64,000 nt of DNA, from positions 808,233 through 872,232 of the forward strand of contig NMRA01000033.1 of NCBI GenBank assembly GCA_002633005.1, read 5' to 3'. This document shows positions 54,101 to 61,598 of this stretch, piece after piece. Under the pieces are notes generated by a model. It had not been told where the DNA came from and did no database searches. It saw nothing but the letters and a program-made list of their open reading frames with translations. Made by a program: the position numbers and the translations under genes. Source of the DNA: Phoronis australis (lineage: Eukaryota; Animalia; Phoronida). The first letter of the stretch is position 1; each line of letters opens with the position of its first letter.

Positions 54101-56954
54101 CAACTCTGACCTGAATACAGTAGAAAAGTAAATCCAATCCCATGCGAAAAACTCAGTACATGACACATTTGATCTGAATACAAAAGGTTAACTTAGCACT
54201 ATCTATGTGCAGATGGTGCACATCTACTAGAGCCAGAAATCGGTGAATTTTGAAATAAAAATTTCAGCTAATTTTCACAAAGTGTTATTTTTCATACAGT
54301 TGTCTTCTGGGTTTTCCCCATAACTTTGACAAAAATGCATGACCCTGTTTGAAAACTAAGACGATCAAATTTATTAAGACATAATTTCAATATACCAACA
54401 GAGCAAGACTCAAGTAAAGGTAAAATGCAATGACACACAGCAATGCACGAGTTCCGGTTAGAACATGCTTTCATTTGATAAGCAGGTTTTACTCCAATTC
54501 AACCCACCTTCATTCAAATGTAGCCCTGACTTACCCTTCCACCTTTTCAACCTGCGTTGAAACGGGGCACTCATCCCCCTCCTCAGTTGACACATCCATC
54601 ATCTCCTCGACCCCAGGGTCACCACCATCAGAGTGCACCTCAGAAACATCCAGTGACTCGACAGAATCATTGCTTATAGTGTCAGGGCTGACAAAGTCCT
54701 CACCAAACGGTGACTTAGTCTTTCTACTCGATCGAGATCTGAAACAAGGAGAAGATTGATAGACAAAGTTTGTGATAATGTGTAACATGTTTTTGCAATA
54801 ACTTAAGGAAAAGACTTGCTACATAATTCAGTAACTGCGGAATTTTAAGATTAATCAATATTTCTGAACACTATGAATTGAAAAATCACATCAAATTTTT
54901 GTATAATTCTTCTGTAGCCAGACAAAAACTAAAGCATGACTGAAAATGCAGTACGTGTATGCGCACCTATGCTTTGTCACTGCACAGTACATGACAAAAA
55001 AGATCAAACAAAATGACCCGGAATCAGAGGTTTACACTGGATTCCAAAACTGGGAGTCCGAACTTTCCAAAGAAAATTGACTAACCACAAACGTTGCGCA
55101 CTGCCGCTAAACTACAGAGTTCTGAATGGCATGGCAGTTTTTCACAGAGGTGAAACATAAATATTGGATAAGCCAACAAAACTCCTTATAAGGCAATAAG
55201 CGTTTCCATCCAAAGGTTTGTTGATAATTCTTACAAAGCTGCTAGTCAGTCTGACCAGTGTCGCGGTTTGCACGGAATATTGAAAAGTGCATTAAGAGAG
55301 AACTTTTTGCGCAGTAAATTTCTTACATCTGAAATGACTGATGGCCCATCTATCTGAGTGACAGCTGACCAGCCGATAACATTAAGAAAGTGGCCGTCAT
55401 TTCAAGCAACTTATAAAATTTTGCCCGTCTTTTTAATTCTGGCCGTCCCATCGAACCAGTCCAAAATAAAATTCTGGCCGACCAAGAGAATGCCAAGACA
55501 GACGCTGTATAAACCCCCACCCTACCGACGCACAGCATCATGGGTAAATACTGCAGATTCAGATGTAGCACTGTGGTATCTCTGGAAATGACTATCAGAA
55601 GAGCTTGTTGCCCACATTACTTTCACTAATTCACAGTAAAATAGTCTTAACTGTATGCATACTACCATTTGTTGGAAACAGTTATTAATTTTGCTAGCCA
55701 CATCCCCCAACACAGCTCTTACTGCGCTGCAGAAATTGCATGTTTTACCAACAAGGGACCAGTGTTATCGCAGTACGAGGACAACTACAAAAAGTGCCTG
55801 ACAAAAGTTTTAACACAAGACTAGCTGGTAGAAAATGAACGTTATTCAACATAATACATGACTGTAAAGAATTACTCAACATCCATTCAGCAAATTAGAC
55901 AAAGATATTACCTTGAGGATTTCTTCTTCTGTGGGTCACTATGTACCTCCCGCTTAATGCGAATCTTCAGCTCCTTCTGTTCGTCAGGTATACAGGTGAT
56001 CTCAGGTGAGCTGGTGACGCTCATCTGAGGAGAGTCAGTCTCTGACTCATCAACGCCTTCTGCTCTTTTACTTTTCTTCTGGCGAGCTATGGAAAACATA
56101 AGTCATGCGACTTTTTGAAAAAATGCAGTTTTCAAAACAGTTCAAAAACTACTTTAGAAAATGCTCTTACTGTGAGCAGGCAAAATTTACATCACGCCAG
56201 TGACAAGAAATCATGATGGCACATGCGTGGAGCTGTGGATAAATTCTAAATTACTTCCATTATCACAGCAGCAATTTGGCAACCTGCAGGTCACCAAATG
56301 GAACCTCAGATTGTGTTTGGCGTCCTGAGAAAAATTCCAAGTCGCCACTGCGAGTATCAAAATCAGACAATAATTTCCTCTACATTCACTTAAAGTTCGT
56401 GTTGACTTCCAAACTTTAAATTACTAAGTTTTCCAACATTTACTACCTTTGATTCACAATCGTTCCCTTTATTTTGTGAAATCAGCACATTTGCCACCAC
56501 GTTTAAATTACAAGAGGAAGTAAACAGACAGAAGTCGGAATTGTTCAGCAAAAATCGGGCAAGATCAGCGAAATTCACGCCACTAGCCCATTCGGCCATC
56601 TGCGTTCTATATTCTTTCACGACGAAAAGAACTGGGTTAGAAAATGAAGGTATGCCTACCATACATTTAGGCATTTATGGGGAAATTGGGTGGCGCGATG
56701 GCCGTCAGGTTTTGTTTGGCGACCTGGGAATTTTGCCAGCAGAGCTTTGTCACTCGTGCAAATTTTCAGCACTCTGCTATAGACTCTTATAAACAATGTG
56801 TAGACAACAGCTACTCTAAATTTAGTCCAGTGACTAAGTACAAGAAGCCGAGTCACTTGAAAGGCCAATTAGCGTGAACGATAGCTCGTGCAGTTTAGCC
56901 CACACTGCTTCCCTTTATTGGGTTGAAAATATTTTAAATAGACTTACCAGACAT
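1..56954 (-). CDS. KMT2C: Histone-lysine N-methyltransferase 2C/2D (MLL3/4, trithorax-related) ortholog; spliced gene, 59 coding exons in window, 3' end (FYRC/SET) runs off window start
   Basis: Manually chained GT-AG exons are all phase-compatible, summing to 11514 nt. Domain order ePHD-PHDs-PHDs-HMG-LxxLL/IDR-ePHD-FYRN and the motifs LEESFPHYLQEAFFGK, DENNPFSESYQERE, KKWKGIKWRKW and GIGGFIVR match the KMT2C/D family from memory. Confidence 0.95.
897..1023 (-). CDS. KMT2C: KMT2C exon: FYRN domain
   Basis: VRIGTVYYYNVGQLLLHQIQTNRFHTKDCIYP; AG/GT ends, phase 2-0. Confidence 0.9.
1657..1940. repeat. 54-bp tandem repeat, ~5.3 copies
   Basis: Unit aatgtgaatcagtcccataatgacctac...ataattatgtaaatg at 1657, 1711, 1765, 1819, 1873 and a partial at 1928. 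Confidence 0.9.
2704..2822 (-). CDS. KMT2C: KMT2C exon: end of C-terminal ePHD
   Basis: TILCPIHKPK...LSVFRKVYVNRDEDKQLA; phase 0-2. Confidence 0.9.
3306..3549 (-). CDS. KMT2C: KMT2C exon: C-terminal extended PHD
   Basis: LLNYDSDKWVHLNCALWSYEV...CANIYHVGCAQKKGCMFFEDK; phase 2-0. Confidence 0.95.
4106..4215 (-). CDS. KMT2C: KMT2C exon: pre-PHD zinc knuckle
   Basis: EDTRRCILCHTKGDSETDGPAR; phase 0-2. Confidence 0.9.
4826..4930 (-). CDS. KMT2C: KMT2C exon
   Basis: PPPKKWKGIKWRKW, a family-conserved motif; phase 0-0. Confidence 0.9.
5602..5745 (-). CDS. KMT2C: KMT2C exon
   Basis: Open 144-nt AG/GT exon CEGGNLVE...RRRSSSVDSK; phase 0-0. Confidence 0.75.
5874..6388 (+). mobile_element. Non-autonomous TTAA-type (Kolobok/piggyBac-like) DNA element copy
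   Basis: ttaaggttatgtgggac...gtcctccataaccttg imperfect TIR; internal similarity to the copies at ~18.6-19.1 kb and ~52.0-52.6 kb. Confidence 0.55.
6495..6587 (-). CDS. KMT2C: KMT2C exon
   Basis: EAEGDQVYFCSTTCYMQF (conserved FCS..C); phase 0-0. Confidence 0.85.
7034..7173 (-). CDS. KMT2C: KMT2C exon
   Basis: KTKPKFCRHCDVHL (conserved CRHC); phase 1-0. Confidence 0.85.
7268..7372. repeat. Degenerate ~19-20-bp minisatellite
   Basis: atgcgtgta(t/c)tgaggcccc-like unit, ~5 copies. Confidence 0.6.
7779..7929 (-). CDS. KMT2C: KMT2C exon
   Basis: VSVTLTLSNTAAEDVKGVLSAVADLLNIAVP, a KMT2C/D conserved block; phase 0-1. Confidence 0.9.
8285..8472 (-). CDS. KMT2C: KMT2C exon
   Basis: Open AG/GT exon VTVKHEIKKE...KNKENFGLL; phase 1-0. 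Confidence 0.8.
9177..9355 (-). CDS. KMT2C: KMT2C exon
   Basis: SSNTPDTIVSSSSPE...SPFVPLVAPIP (conserved SSPE block); phase 2-1. Confidence 0.85.
9835..9891 (-). CDS. Candidate alternative micro-exon (RRCRSPYEFS...), donors at 9859 or 9834
   Basis: cagcag acceptor; gtaagt donor (32 nt, phase 2-1) or gtgtcg donor (57 nt, phase 2-2). Confidence 0.35.
11164..11311 (-). CDS. KMT2C: KMT2C exon
   Basis: Open AG/GT exon ...RPLTMPSPPLIGPRLDIPT; phase 1-2. Confidence 0.8.
11944..12126 (-). CDS. KMT2C: KMT2C exon
   Basis: SPLRGVYGQAVLDSTRDYYS (conserved LxGxxG..DYYS); phase 1-1. Confidence 0.85.
12105..12395. repeat. ~98-bp tandem triplication spanning an exon acceptor
   Basis: cccctcagagg..acacacc(t/a)gg..aacg(a/g)atagag repeated three times. 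Confidence 0.8.
12952..13224 (-). CDS. KMT2C: KMT2C exon
   Basis: MDGILAQLKALPAVPLQEP (conserved); AAG acceptor; phase 1-1. Confidence 0.8.
14865..15003 (-). CDS. KMT2C: KMT2C exon
   Basis: EEDQIVLTPEQQRQLAMIDSMP; phase 0-1. Confidence 0.8.
15021..15048. repeat. (AGGTC)n / sense (TGACC)n pentamer microsatellite
   Basis: tcaggtcaggtcaggtcaggtcaggtca. Confidence 0.85.
15365..15666 (-). CDS. KMT2C: KMT2C exon with NILLKRLL LxxLL motif
   Basis: ENILLKRLLE resembles family N.LLK.LL NR boxes; phase 1-0. Confidence 0.8.
16430..16645 (-). CDS. KMT2C: KMT2C exon
   Basis: KGPKLPAPGT...TPVTCGQLYPAP; phase 1-1. Confidence 0.8.
18195..18280. repeat. ~40-bp tandem duplication
   Basis: atcaggagc..tcaccagcccacctccagacatc twice. 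Confidence 0.75.
18591..19105 (-). mobile_element. Degenerate copy of the same TTAA-type element
   Basis: aaggttgagtaggacc...aattttggacacttttcaagtgtcctacataagc, reverse of the 5874 end. Confidence 0.45.
19994..20122 (-). CDS. KMT2C: KMT2C exon (basic, NLS-like)
   Basis: KSKKKRKRRTKKEIEAER; phase 1-1. Confidence 0.8.
20575..20640 (-). CDS. KMT2C: KMT2C exon
   Basis: 66-nt P/Q/G-rich open exon; phase 1-1. Confidence 0.75.
21051..21149 (-). CDS. KMT2C: KMT2C exon
   Basis: CPVDFPTGSPMSPAQQFPGAPF; phase 1-1. Confidence 0.75.
21435..21588 (-). CDS. KMT2C: KMT2C exon
   Basis: DENNPFSESYQEREK...QVDHQRALQ, strongly KMT2C-like; phase 0-1. Confidence 0.9.
22272..22484 (-). CDS. KMT2C: KMT2C exon
   Basis: EKYGSNWPAP...RQEYEQYMQNRLRM; phase 0-0. 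Confidence 0.85.
23354..23509 (-). CDS. KMT2C: KMT2C exon: coiled coil
   Basis: QSAVQKQLELIRKQQKQH, conserved; phase 0-0. Confidence 0.9.
23894..24048 (-). CDS. KMT2C: KMT2C exon: coiled coil
   Basis: QMKYEEWL...HKKTKKVLNGRQ, conserved; phase 1-0. Confidence 0.9.
24514..24728 (-). CDS. KMT2C: KMT2C exon (Pro-rich)
   Basis: MPGHEGWPRHHFPP...PTPPSSAH; phase 2-1. Confidence 0.8.
26249..26325 (-). CDS. KMT2C: KMT2C exon
   Basis: EKIEQQRQAHQQ completes the LLIQDLLEQEKxEQ motif; phase 0-2. Confidence 0.85.
26706..28459 (-). CDS. KMT2C: KMT2C large exon (1754 nt): acidic, S/P-rich and GPPHSM-repeat IDR
   Basis: 631-aa ORF with LDDLL...FNLLEEFADPELD and LLSEQPLLIQDLLEQ conserved motifs; phase 1-0. 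Confidence 0.92.
27150..27515 (-). repeat. Coding 21-bp tandem repeat (GPPHSM[PA] heptads)
   Basis: ccaggcatactgtgagg(g/t)ggt units; translation GPPHSMP x4 plus ~8 variants. Confidence 0.9.
28801..28930 (-). CDS. KMT2C: KMT2C exon
   Basis: MTPAERQRSPYLQMFRDRLRDPRP; phase 0-1. Confidence 0.75.
29558..29700 (-). CDS. KMT2C: KMT2C exon
   Basis: GWPGARMAMGPPLRPLGPRMP; phase 1-0. Confidence 0.8.
30185..30356 (-). CDS. KMT2C: KMT2C exon with LRQLL LxxLL motif
   Basis: RVQLRQLLANH...KQEMEQQ; phase 0-1. Confidence 0.8.
31737..33158. mobile_element. Non-autonomous DNA transposon (MITE), ~135-bp TIRs with CACGG...CCGTG termini and 5-bp TTTTA TSD
   Basis: 31737-~31872 is the near-exact reverse complement of ~33024-33158; TTTTA flanks both ends; no transposase ORF. 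Confidence 0.85.
33837..33902 (-). CDS. Candidate 66-nt in-frame cassette exon (MMQHMFTKRLAILSQRSQGGNQ)
   Basis: ttctag acceptor and CAG|gtaagc donor; phase 0-0 fits; TGCATG begins at intron position +8. Confidence 0.45.
34366..34835 (-). CDS. KMT2C: KMT2C exon (Pro-rich)
   Basis: 470-nt open exon, AG/GT; phase 1-0. Confidence 0.85.
35367..35520 (-). CDS. KMT2C: KMT2C exon: end of HMG box
   Basis: AKARENRANSRLHKAQK; phase 0-1. Confidence 0.85.
35903..36048 (-). CDS. KMT2C: KMT2C exon: HMG box
   Basis: ATISPVLYANLNHPELK...WTERSKQIAKLWRKV; phase 1-0. Confidence 0.95.
36382..36617. repeat. 17-bp minisatellite, ~14 copies
   Basis: Unit actgccttcacgcccag. Confidence 0.95.
36935..37050 (-). CDS. 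KMT2C: KMT2C exon
   Basis: LSYNMRNILKWEKDEALG (conserved KWEKDE.LG); phase 2-1. Confidence 0.9.
37407..37545 (-). CDS. KMT2C: KMT2C exon
   Basis: Open exon PQFQLNQM...PPPYHHSPGIH; phase 1-2. Confidence 0.75.
38108..38434 (-). CDS. KMT2C: KMT2C exon
   Basis: GLAQIDSKTVEDLFKGVL (conserved MDxKDVEDLFxGVL-like); phase 1-1. Confidence 0.85.
38989..39196 (-). CDS. KMT2C: KMT2C exon
   Basis: EAFFGKAVLDVS; phase 0-1. Confidence 0.9.
39699..39877. repeat. ~91-bp tandem duplication
   Basis: gagtcaaacgattatcaattcaagtaacac.cagagctcat...tgtagactaaaa twice. Confidence 0.8.
40025..40158 (-). CDS. KMT2C: KMT2C exon
   Basis: KKKRRPKRKGALEESFPHYLQ; phase 1-0. Confidence 0.9.
40984..41151 (-). CDS. KMT2C: KMT2C exon
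   Basis: GIGGFIVRHR, conserved; phase 1-1. Confidence 0.9.
41273..41407 (-). CDS. KMT2C: KMT2C exon (TAGCAG NAGNAG acceptor)
   Basis: GEESLDTED...KRNRYRRP; phase 1-1. Confidence 0.8.
   Translation of the reverse strand, partial: QERSLWTLKTLKHLMYPSPPACLSPLSCPLPLSRGTATVARQQH
42260..42526 (-). CDS. KMT2C: KMT2C exon
   Basis: YVMDGVLLSENGFNQIRSL (conserved DGV.L.E.G); phase 1-1. Confidence 0.9.
42938..43050 (-). CDS. KMT2C: KMT2C exon: PHD
   Basis: WLHGLCD...GYHCLMCRP; phase 2-1. Confidence 0.92.
43327..43491 (-). CDS. KMT2C: KMT2C exon: PHD
   Basis: CVICMNCGSKSPG...WQNNYTQCAPC...CPVC...QCTQCD; phase 2-2. Confidence 0.92.
43922..44103 (-). CDS. KMT2C: KMT2C exon: PHD
   Basis: KGWRCLDCTVCEGCG...[20 protein letters not shown]; phase 0-2. 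Confidence 0.95.
44915..45142 (-). CDS. KMT2C: KMT2C exon: PHD
   Basis: QDMCVSCGSYGRGEEGRLIVCTQCGQCYHPYC; phase 0-0. Confidence 0.95.
45411..45644 (-). CDS. KMT2C: KMT2C exon (Lys-rich)
   Basis: GKGKPSIGKK...RKRSKVKFK; phase 0-0. Confidence 0.85.
46431..46558 (-). CDS. KMT2C: KMT2C exon
   Basis: SSQESLMLNEDSLSSIDID; phase 1-0. Confidence 0.8.
47138..47209 (-). CDS. Candidate 72-nt in-frame cassette exon (DYSALSNLLRSQDPLWIYNLLGMK)
   Basis: Pyrimidine-rich acceptor ctttag and donor gtgagt; phase 1-1 fits the flanking exons; open frame. Confidence 0.55.
48104..48215 (-). CDS. KMT2C: KMT2C exon
   Basis: LDSIECPDQE...DLAMFNMFK; phase 0-1. Confidence 0.75.
49837..49951 (-). CDS. KMT2C: KMT2C exon: PHD end
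   Basis: YVHAECD...YLCPICK; phase 2-0. Confidence 0.9.
50138..50260. repeat. ~30-bp tandem repeat adjoining a splice donor
   Basis: (cagc)caatcaa(g/a)(c/t)taaag(tg) four times. Confidence 0.75.
50261..50451 (-). CDS. KMT2C: KMT2C exon: PHD
   Basis: NCRVCGDCGSRTPGSGPSSRWHLNYSVCDSCYQQRNKG; phase 0-2. Confidence 0.95.
50892..51006 (-). CDS. KMT2C: KMT2C exon: PHD
   Basis: DDNKMLVCDTCDKGYHTFCL...NGWKCK; phase 2-0. Confidence 0.95.
51475..51652 (-). CDS. KMT2C: KMT2C exon: PHD
   Basis: FCTSCGQHYHGNCLD...RAGWQCPECKICQTC; phase 1-2. Confidence 0.95.
52047..52578 (-). mobile_element. Degenerate copy of the same TTAA-type element
   Basis: Ends ccaaatttggacatttttctacggtcctacatgactttaa; internal ttttgatagcccatcgtgcaaaagtggc is the reverse complement of ~5990-6030. 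Confidence 0.55.
52698..52860 (-). CDS. KMT2C: KMT2C exon: N-terminal ePHD
   Basis: KCSFCRHYGATIHC...YHYPCASGSGCFQD...LLCPEH; phase 0-1. Confidence 0.95.
53289..53398 (-). CDS. KMT2C: KMT2C exon: N-terminal ePHD
   Basis: AHHCCAAWSEGV...VDKAVFAG; phase 1-0. Confidence 0.92.
53755..54110 (-). CDS. KMT2C: KMT2C exon
   Basis: CALCNCGEKSLLGQGD...DEINTVGYP...LFEPTG; phase 2-1. Confidence 0.92.
54535..54738 (-). CDS. KMT2C: KMT2C exon (acidic)
   Basis: Open AG/GT exon; phase 2-2. Confidence 0.8.
55912..56086 (-). CDS. KMT2C: KMT2C exon
   Basis: RQKKSKRAEG...ELKIRIKRE; phase 1-2. Confidence 0.8.
56948..56954 (-). CDS. KMT2C: Putative KMT2C start (ATG TCT G|gtaagt) within exon 56948-57007
   Basis: Consensus donor; phase 1 matches next exon; in-frame upstream TAG; acceptor ttacag at 57008. 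Confidence 0.55.
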
Positions 56955-57349
56955 TCTACTTGACTAGTGCTCCAGACACATGGTAAGAGACAATGAGGTA
57001 CCTTTCACTGTAATTAACAGGTAAATAGCAATTGTGATATAGTGTAGATTCTTCAACTTAGGACACAATGTATCCTAAAACTTATTCCCAGGTCAAACTT
57101 GATAAAAAATCAAATACTAAGATCATTGAGCTTTTTAAGGATAGTGAAAATCAATGTGCACACATCCCATAATCCAGAAAGTACCAGGAAGGTTTGGCTA
57201 TCGTCTAATCGGTATGTAGGCAGTTGTTTTGGATAAATGCTACCCGTTTACTTATATGACAAACTGAACTTCTGGCTGCTTGAAATACTATTAAAATGAC
57301 ATAGCATGAATGTCTTCTGGCAGTGCTGTTCAAGATGACCACTATGCCA

Positions 57350-58071
57350 TAATGTTTTAGGCATTAACAGTAAGCTTAAGTTATATTATGCATTTATAAG
57401 ATCCTATTTTAATCACTGCCCCCTCGTTTGGCACCTATGTGGAATACAGAAAAGTAGGAAAATGGAAAAGATACAACACCGTGCTTTAAAGTTTGTGTTC
57501 AATGACAACGAGTCCAGCTACTCACAACTCTTAGTTAAGGCTAGGAGCTGCTCTCTAACTAGTTGGCGGATGAAATGCTTATCTGTTGAAGTATTCAAAA
57601 ATGTTCATATTATTGGACCCTGTCCTTTGTCAGGAAAGCTTGAATTTAGAGAGTCTGGATACGGTCTCAGAGGTGAAAACTGTCTCTATGTGAAACGCTT
57701 TAATACGATGACTTACGGATGTAACTCAAATCTCCCATAAAGGTACTTTGCTATGGAACTCATTGCCATCAGTAATGAGACAATGTACTACCTTAAATGA
57801 ATTTGCCACTCTTGCTCATGACTTTTTCTCTGAGATCTGCTCTTGTGAAGACTGCTATGGATGCCTACACGCTTCGTAACATGTATGTGTGCTTTTGTAC
57901 TTACATTTATGTTTAAGTTCTGTATATTCTCCGTACTGTAGAATTAGCTAGTATTTTAGTTCTGTTCATTTTGTAGATTTTAAATCTGTCGGATAATAGC
58001 ACTTGTGCTAATGTTTCATTGTTAAGGTTCACCGACTTTTAAATAAAGATTATTACTACATTACTACTACT
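57350..58071 (+). mobile_element. 5'-truncated non-LTR retrotransposon (CR1/L2-like) 3' fragment
   Basis: Degraded ORF2 C-terminus YAFIRSYFNHCPLVWHLC...MEKIQHRALKFVFND...SYSQLL, then AATAAA and a (TAC/TTA)n tail. Confidence 0.8.
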
Positions 58072-58779
58072 AATCCTTTGTGTCTACGATGGCTCTCACT
58101 ATCCGCCAAAAGGTCAATTGGCTTCATCTGCATTGTGTGGTTGCCACCATTGATCAACACAACATGGCTACACTAAGACTATAATTAAAATAAATTGAGG
58201 TCAAATGCATGAGAACAAGTGCATGAAAACAAGGCTGGCGACACACATTTTGGGGAGCAGTAAATTGTGCTGGGTTTGAATTCTTAAGCATTAGAAAAAT
58301 AGAACAGACTAATGCATTGACTAAAACTTTGTTTTTGACAATTTACTTAATCTTCCACGTGGCACCTGAATGAATACCAAGTGACTTTCATCAAAATACA
58401 CATTGCAGCACTTGAGCCAAGGCTACATCCAATTTCAAGCAAATAAAACAAAATTTCAAAAATGTAATAAATACTCTTATTTTTCCATAAATTAAACACA
58501 TCAGAAATCCTTTCAATTCAAAAGTCAACTCAGGTCATAAGCCACAGTTGGCCATTCTGATAGGCAGTGATAATTAGTATCAAGCTTGGTTCTTTTGTTT
58601 CAAACGCCTTCGCCATGGTCTTGACATTTGACCTCCACGATGACCATCAACTAAAACACCAAATATATGATATAAATTGAACAAGACGTCAAGTTCTACG
58701 TCAATTTCAATATTTGCCTATTGTGTTAGAAGTTAAAAGGACAAGCAGATCCTTAAGAAAGGGTGATTTATAGCAGTTC

Positions 58780-59560
58780 GTTTGGTGCAGCCTTCGATGT
58801 CTGCGCTGCTGAAAAATAAAATTACAGACCCGTTAACAGGGCGGTTTTTTGACAAACAACGTACGATTTACCAACAAAAAGTCAGACACAATAATCTTTA
58901 GTTGCAAACATAGAATACCCATGGCAAAATACTGGACATCTAAACACAAACCAACCACAAAATCACCTTGTTGTTTGCAAAATTACTCTGCCACAAGCCT
59001 TTAACTCTACGATCAGCCATATTGCCTAATCACGAATACGTACAACAAAGTATCACTACGATATCAAATGTAAATAAATTTTTATGTTCAATCTATCAAC
59101 ATTATTGATAAATTTGCATTATAATTACGTACAGTTTATGCAATGAGAATGTTTTACTTATGTATTTTTGATTTTTTACAGAAATTATACAATATTCCTC
59201 GACTAGTGTAAGAATACTGTAAATATAGAACTATTTGCTACCATAACTAGTTACATGGATCACCAACAGACGTCGGGATTTCACAGAGTGGTCAGTGCGA
59301 CCTCTAAAACACCGGCGCGGGGAGTGTCTCTCGTCTGCCGCGGCAGTGCCTCACTCCTGGTCAGTCATGAGACAACTCCTACGCTAACACGTGAGATTTT
59401 GTTACCTCAACACCTAAACGAGTCTGATCCAGACTGAGGCTAACCCGTCCTAATCCATTCACAAATCAATGACAGATAGTTGACTCCATCCGGCATAGCG
59501 CGCGCCTGGGCCGCGCGGCCGGGGGTCATGATTACTGAGGTGCCCGCAGACGTGTACCAA
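58780..59560 (-). promoter_or_regulatory. Putative KMT2C promoter region
   Basis: Local CpG/GC enrichment (GC box gggcgg near 58838; gcgcgcgcctgggccgcgcggccgggg near 59498) upstream of the last traceable exon. Confidence 0.3.
58967..59030 (-). other. Putative non-coding first exon of KMT2C
   Basis: AAG|gtgatt donor; starts near a YY1-like aTATGGC motif, adjacent to a CpG-richer region. Confidence 0.35.
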
Positions 59561-61598
59561 AAATCCAAAAATTGAGAGAACCCCTAATGAGGGTGCCAGG
59601 TCTGCTAATTCCCAACCCCTTTAGCGGAGTAGATTTTTTTTTGCCGCATGAACAAAGGCACTAAAGAGCCGCCTAAATATTTTTAACATACCATCTACAT
59701 CAAAATATGTGACACATAGCGCCTCTCTCAGTCTCCGCCGCCTCAGAGTGCGATCGGAGAGATTACCGGTAGTTAGTGCATCTACAGTAATTAAACATTT
59801 TAATCAAAAACACAAAATGAGGACACGGGGTTTATTTTTGCGTTAATTTTCTATTGAAACAAACATTTATTCTTACATTTTTATTTTTATTTTTTATGAC
59901 CATTTTCTATTGAAACAAACATTTATTATTACATTTTTATTTTTTTATGACCATCCGCCTTTATTCACATTTAGACCATTTGCTGACGGAGGGAATACAT
60001 AATTTTGTCATTATTTTTCTTAAAAATTACACCTACTCTACAGATGTTAAAATTGGCGATAATTGTTTTTTGTACGACTTTAAGTGATTGTTTGCATTTC
60101 TTAATTTCCCAGTCCCTGTACAAAAAGTGACAAAGCAAATATATGAACTTCACTGGAATCTTGACTACTAAAATTCGGAAATTGGAATGTTTAACGTCAC
60201 GCAGGACCCCGAAATGGAAACCGAACTCGAATTTATTTTTGACATCTTCCGTTCCTCAAATTTGGCCTAATTGTACCACTGATTGGGAAAACAGGCAATG
60301 GCATGGTATTTCTCTTTCGGTGAACTGAATCACCTCATATACATTTTCAACTTAGCTAAGATTTTTTATTTTAAGTGATTTAACTTTTTTCAACATCTTT
60401 TATCAGGGAGTATACTGAAAACTTTCAAAGAGGCCTCGAACAGACTGAGCTTGTTGACTAAAGGCGTCAGACAGACTTGGCAGACTATGTGTCCACATAA
60501 TTCATACGCAAGTGTGGGAAGGTGAGCCGGACTGCTTATTGCGGTCATCCCCGGCGTCCTGACATTAAGCTGGCGACGAATTTCAGACTCCTCGTTGGGT
60601 GGCAATTTTATATTTTTACATTTTCATATCTCTGTATCTTCGTAAGTTGGTGCGTTATTTTCATGACGGGAACTTGCAAATAGGTTTTTATTAAATAGAC
60701 GACAACGCCTACGCATTTTAAACGAATATTACGGTATTCTGCACCACCAAAAGTGGGCATTTTATTTTTGCAAGGCCTTTTGGAAGTTTGGAAGGGGTAT
60801 TCCTATATTAACTTCACAATAGAGTAGACGGGTCAGAGTACCGCTTCCCCCTGATGGCAATTGATTTTCAGTTCGTCTCATCTTTGGGATTGACGGATTT
60901 TCGTAAAATTTAGCAATCATTTTCTATTCGGAAGATACCTCCTCATTTTCGGATGCTTGTGACATACAGAAGGCAATCAAATTGACATTTTTATGGTACT
61001 AATAAACATCTATAAAATTGTAGAAATTTGGCTAAATGTGAGTCTTGTTGACAAGGTTCTACACATACACATTATATGGTCCTACATAACCTTAAATAGG
61101 AGATACAGCATGGGTGAAAAACAAAATTGACAGTAGGCATTCCAATGACTGTATTGTCATTAGATACATTGAAAATAATGTACACAGGTTACGAACATTA
61201 GAGTCGCTTCTAATAATGTTTGAAAAACCCAGTTTGAATGGGCAGCTAACTGGAACTTGAAGTTCTCTATCATTATTTAGGTGATTTGTAGATTATGATG
61301 CACATCAACGTGTGTATATTTATTGATTTTTATCGTCATAGTTGCGCATGCCAACTTCACGTGTTGTATTGCATTTGACATTTCTGATGTGCTTTTCGCT
61401 GTGAACTAGTTGTAGATAGTAGCCTGAAGATGAGATATGTGTCTCGAAATATCGCTTTTTAAATTATGTTACATACTGATGTCGTTTGGATTTTTATTGC
61501 ACTGTTGTGATGTAAAGACAAGATCTCTATTTAGAGAGTTTCAAAGAACTGAAATTAAACTAATTAAAACAGATCAAAGTGGCCACTGCCAAATTATA

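Noticed and set aside
60390-60605. ORF with RING-like CGHIVCQVC
   Set aside because: It lacks the other RING ligands and splice support, and lies in TE-like intergenic sequence.
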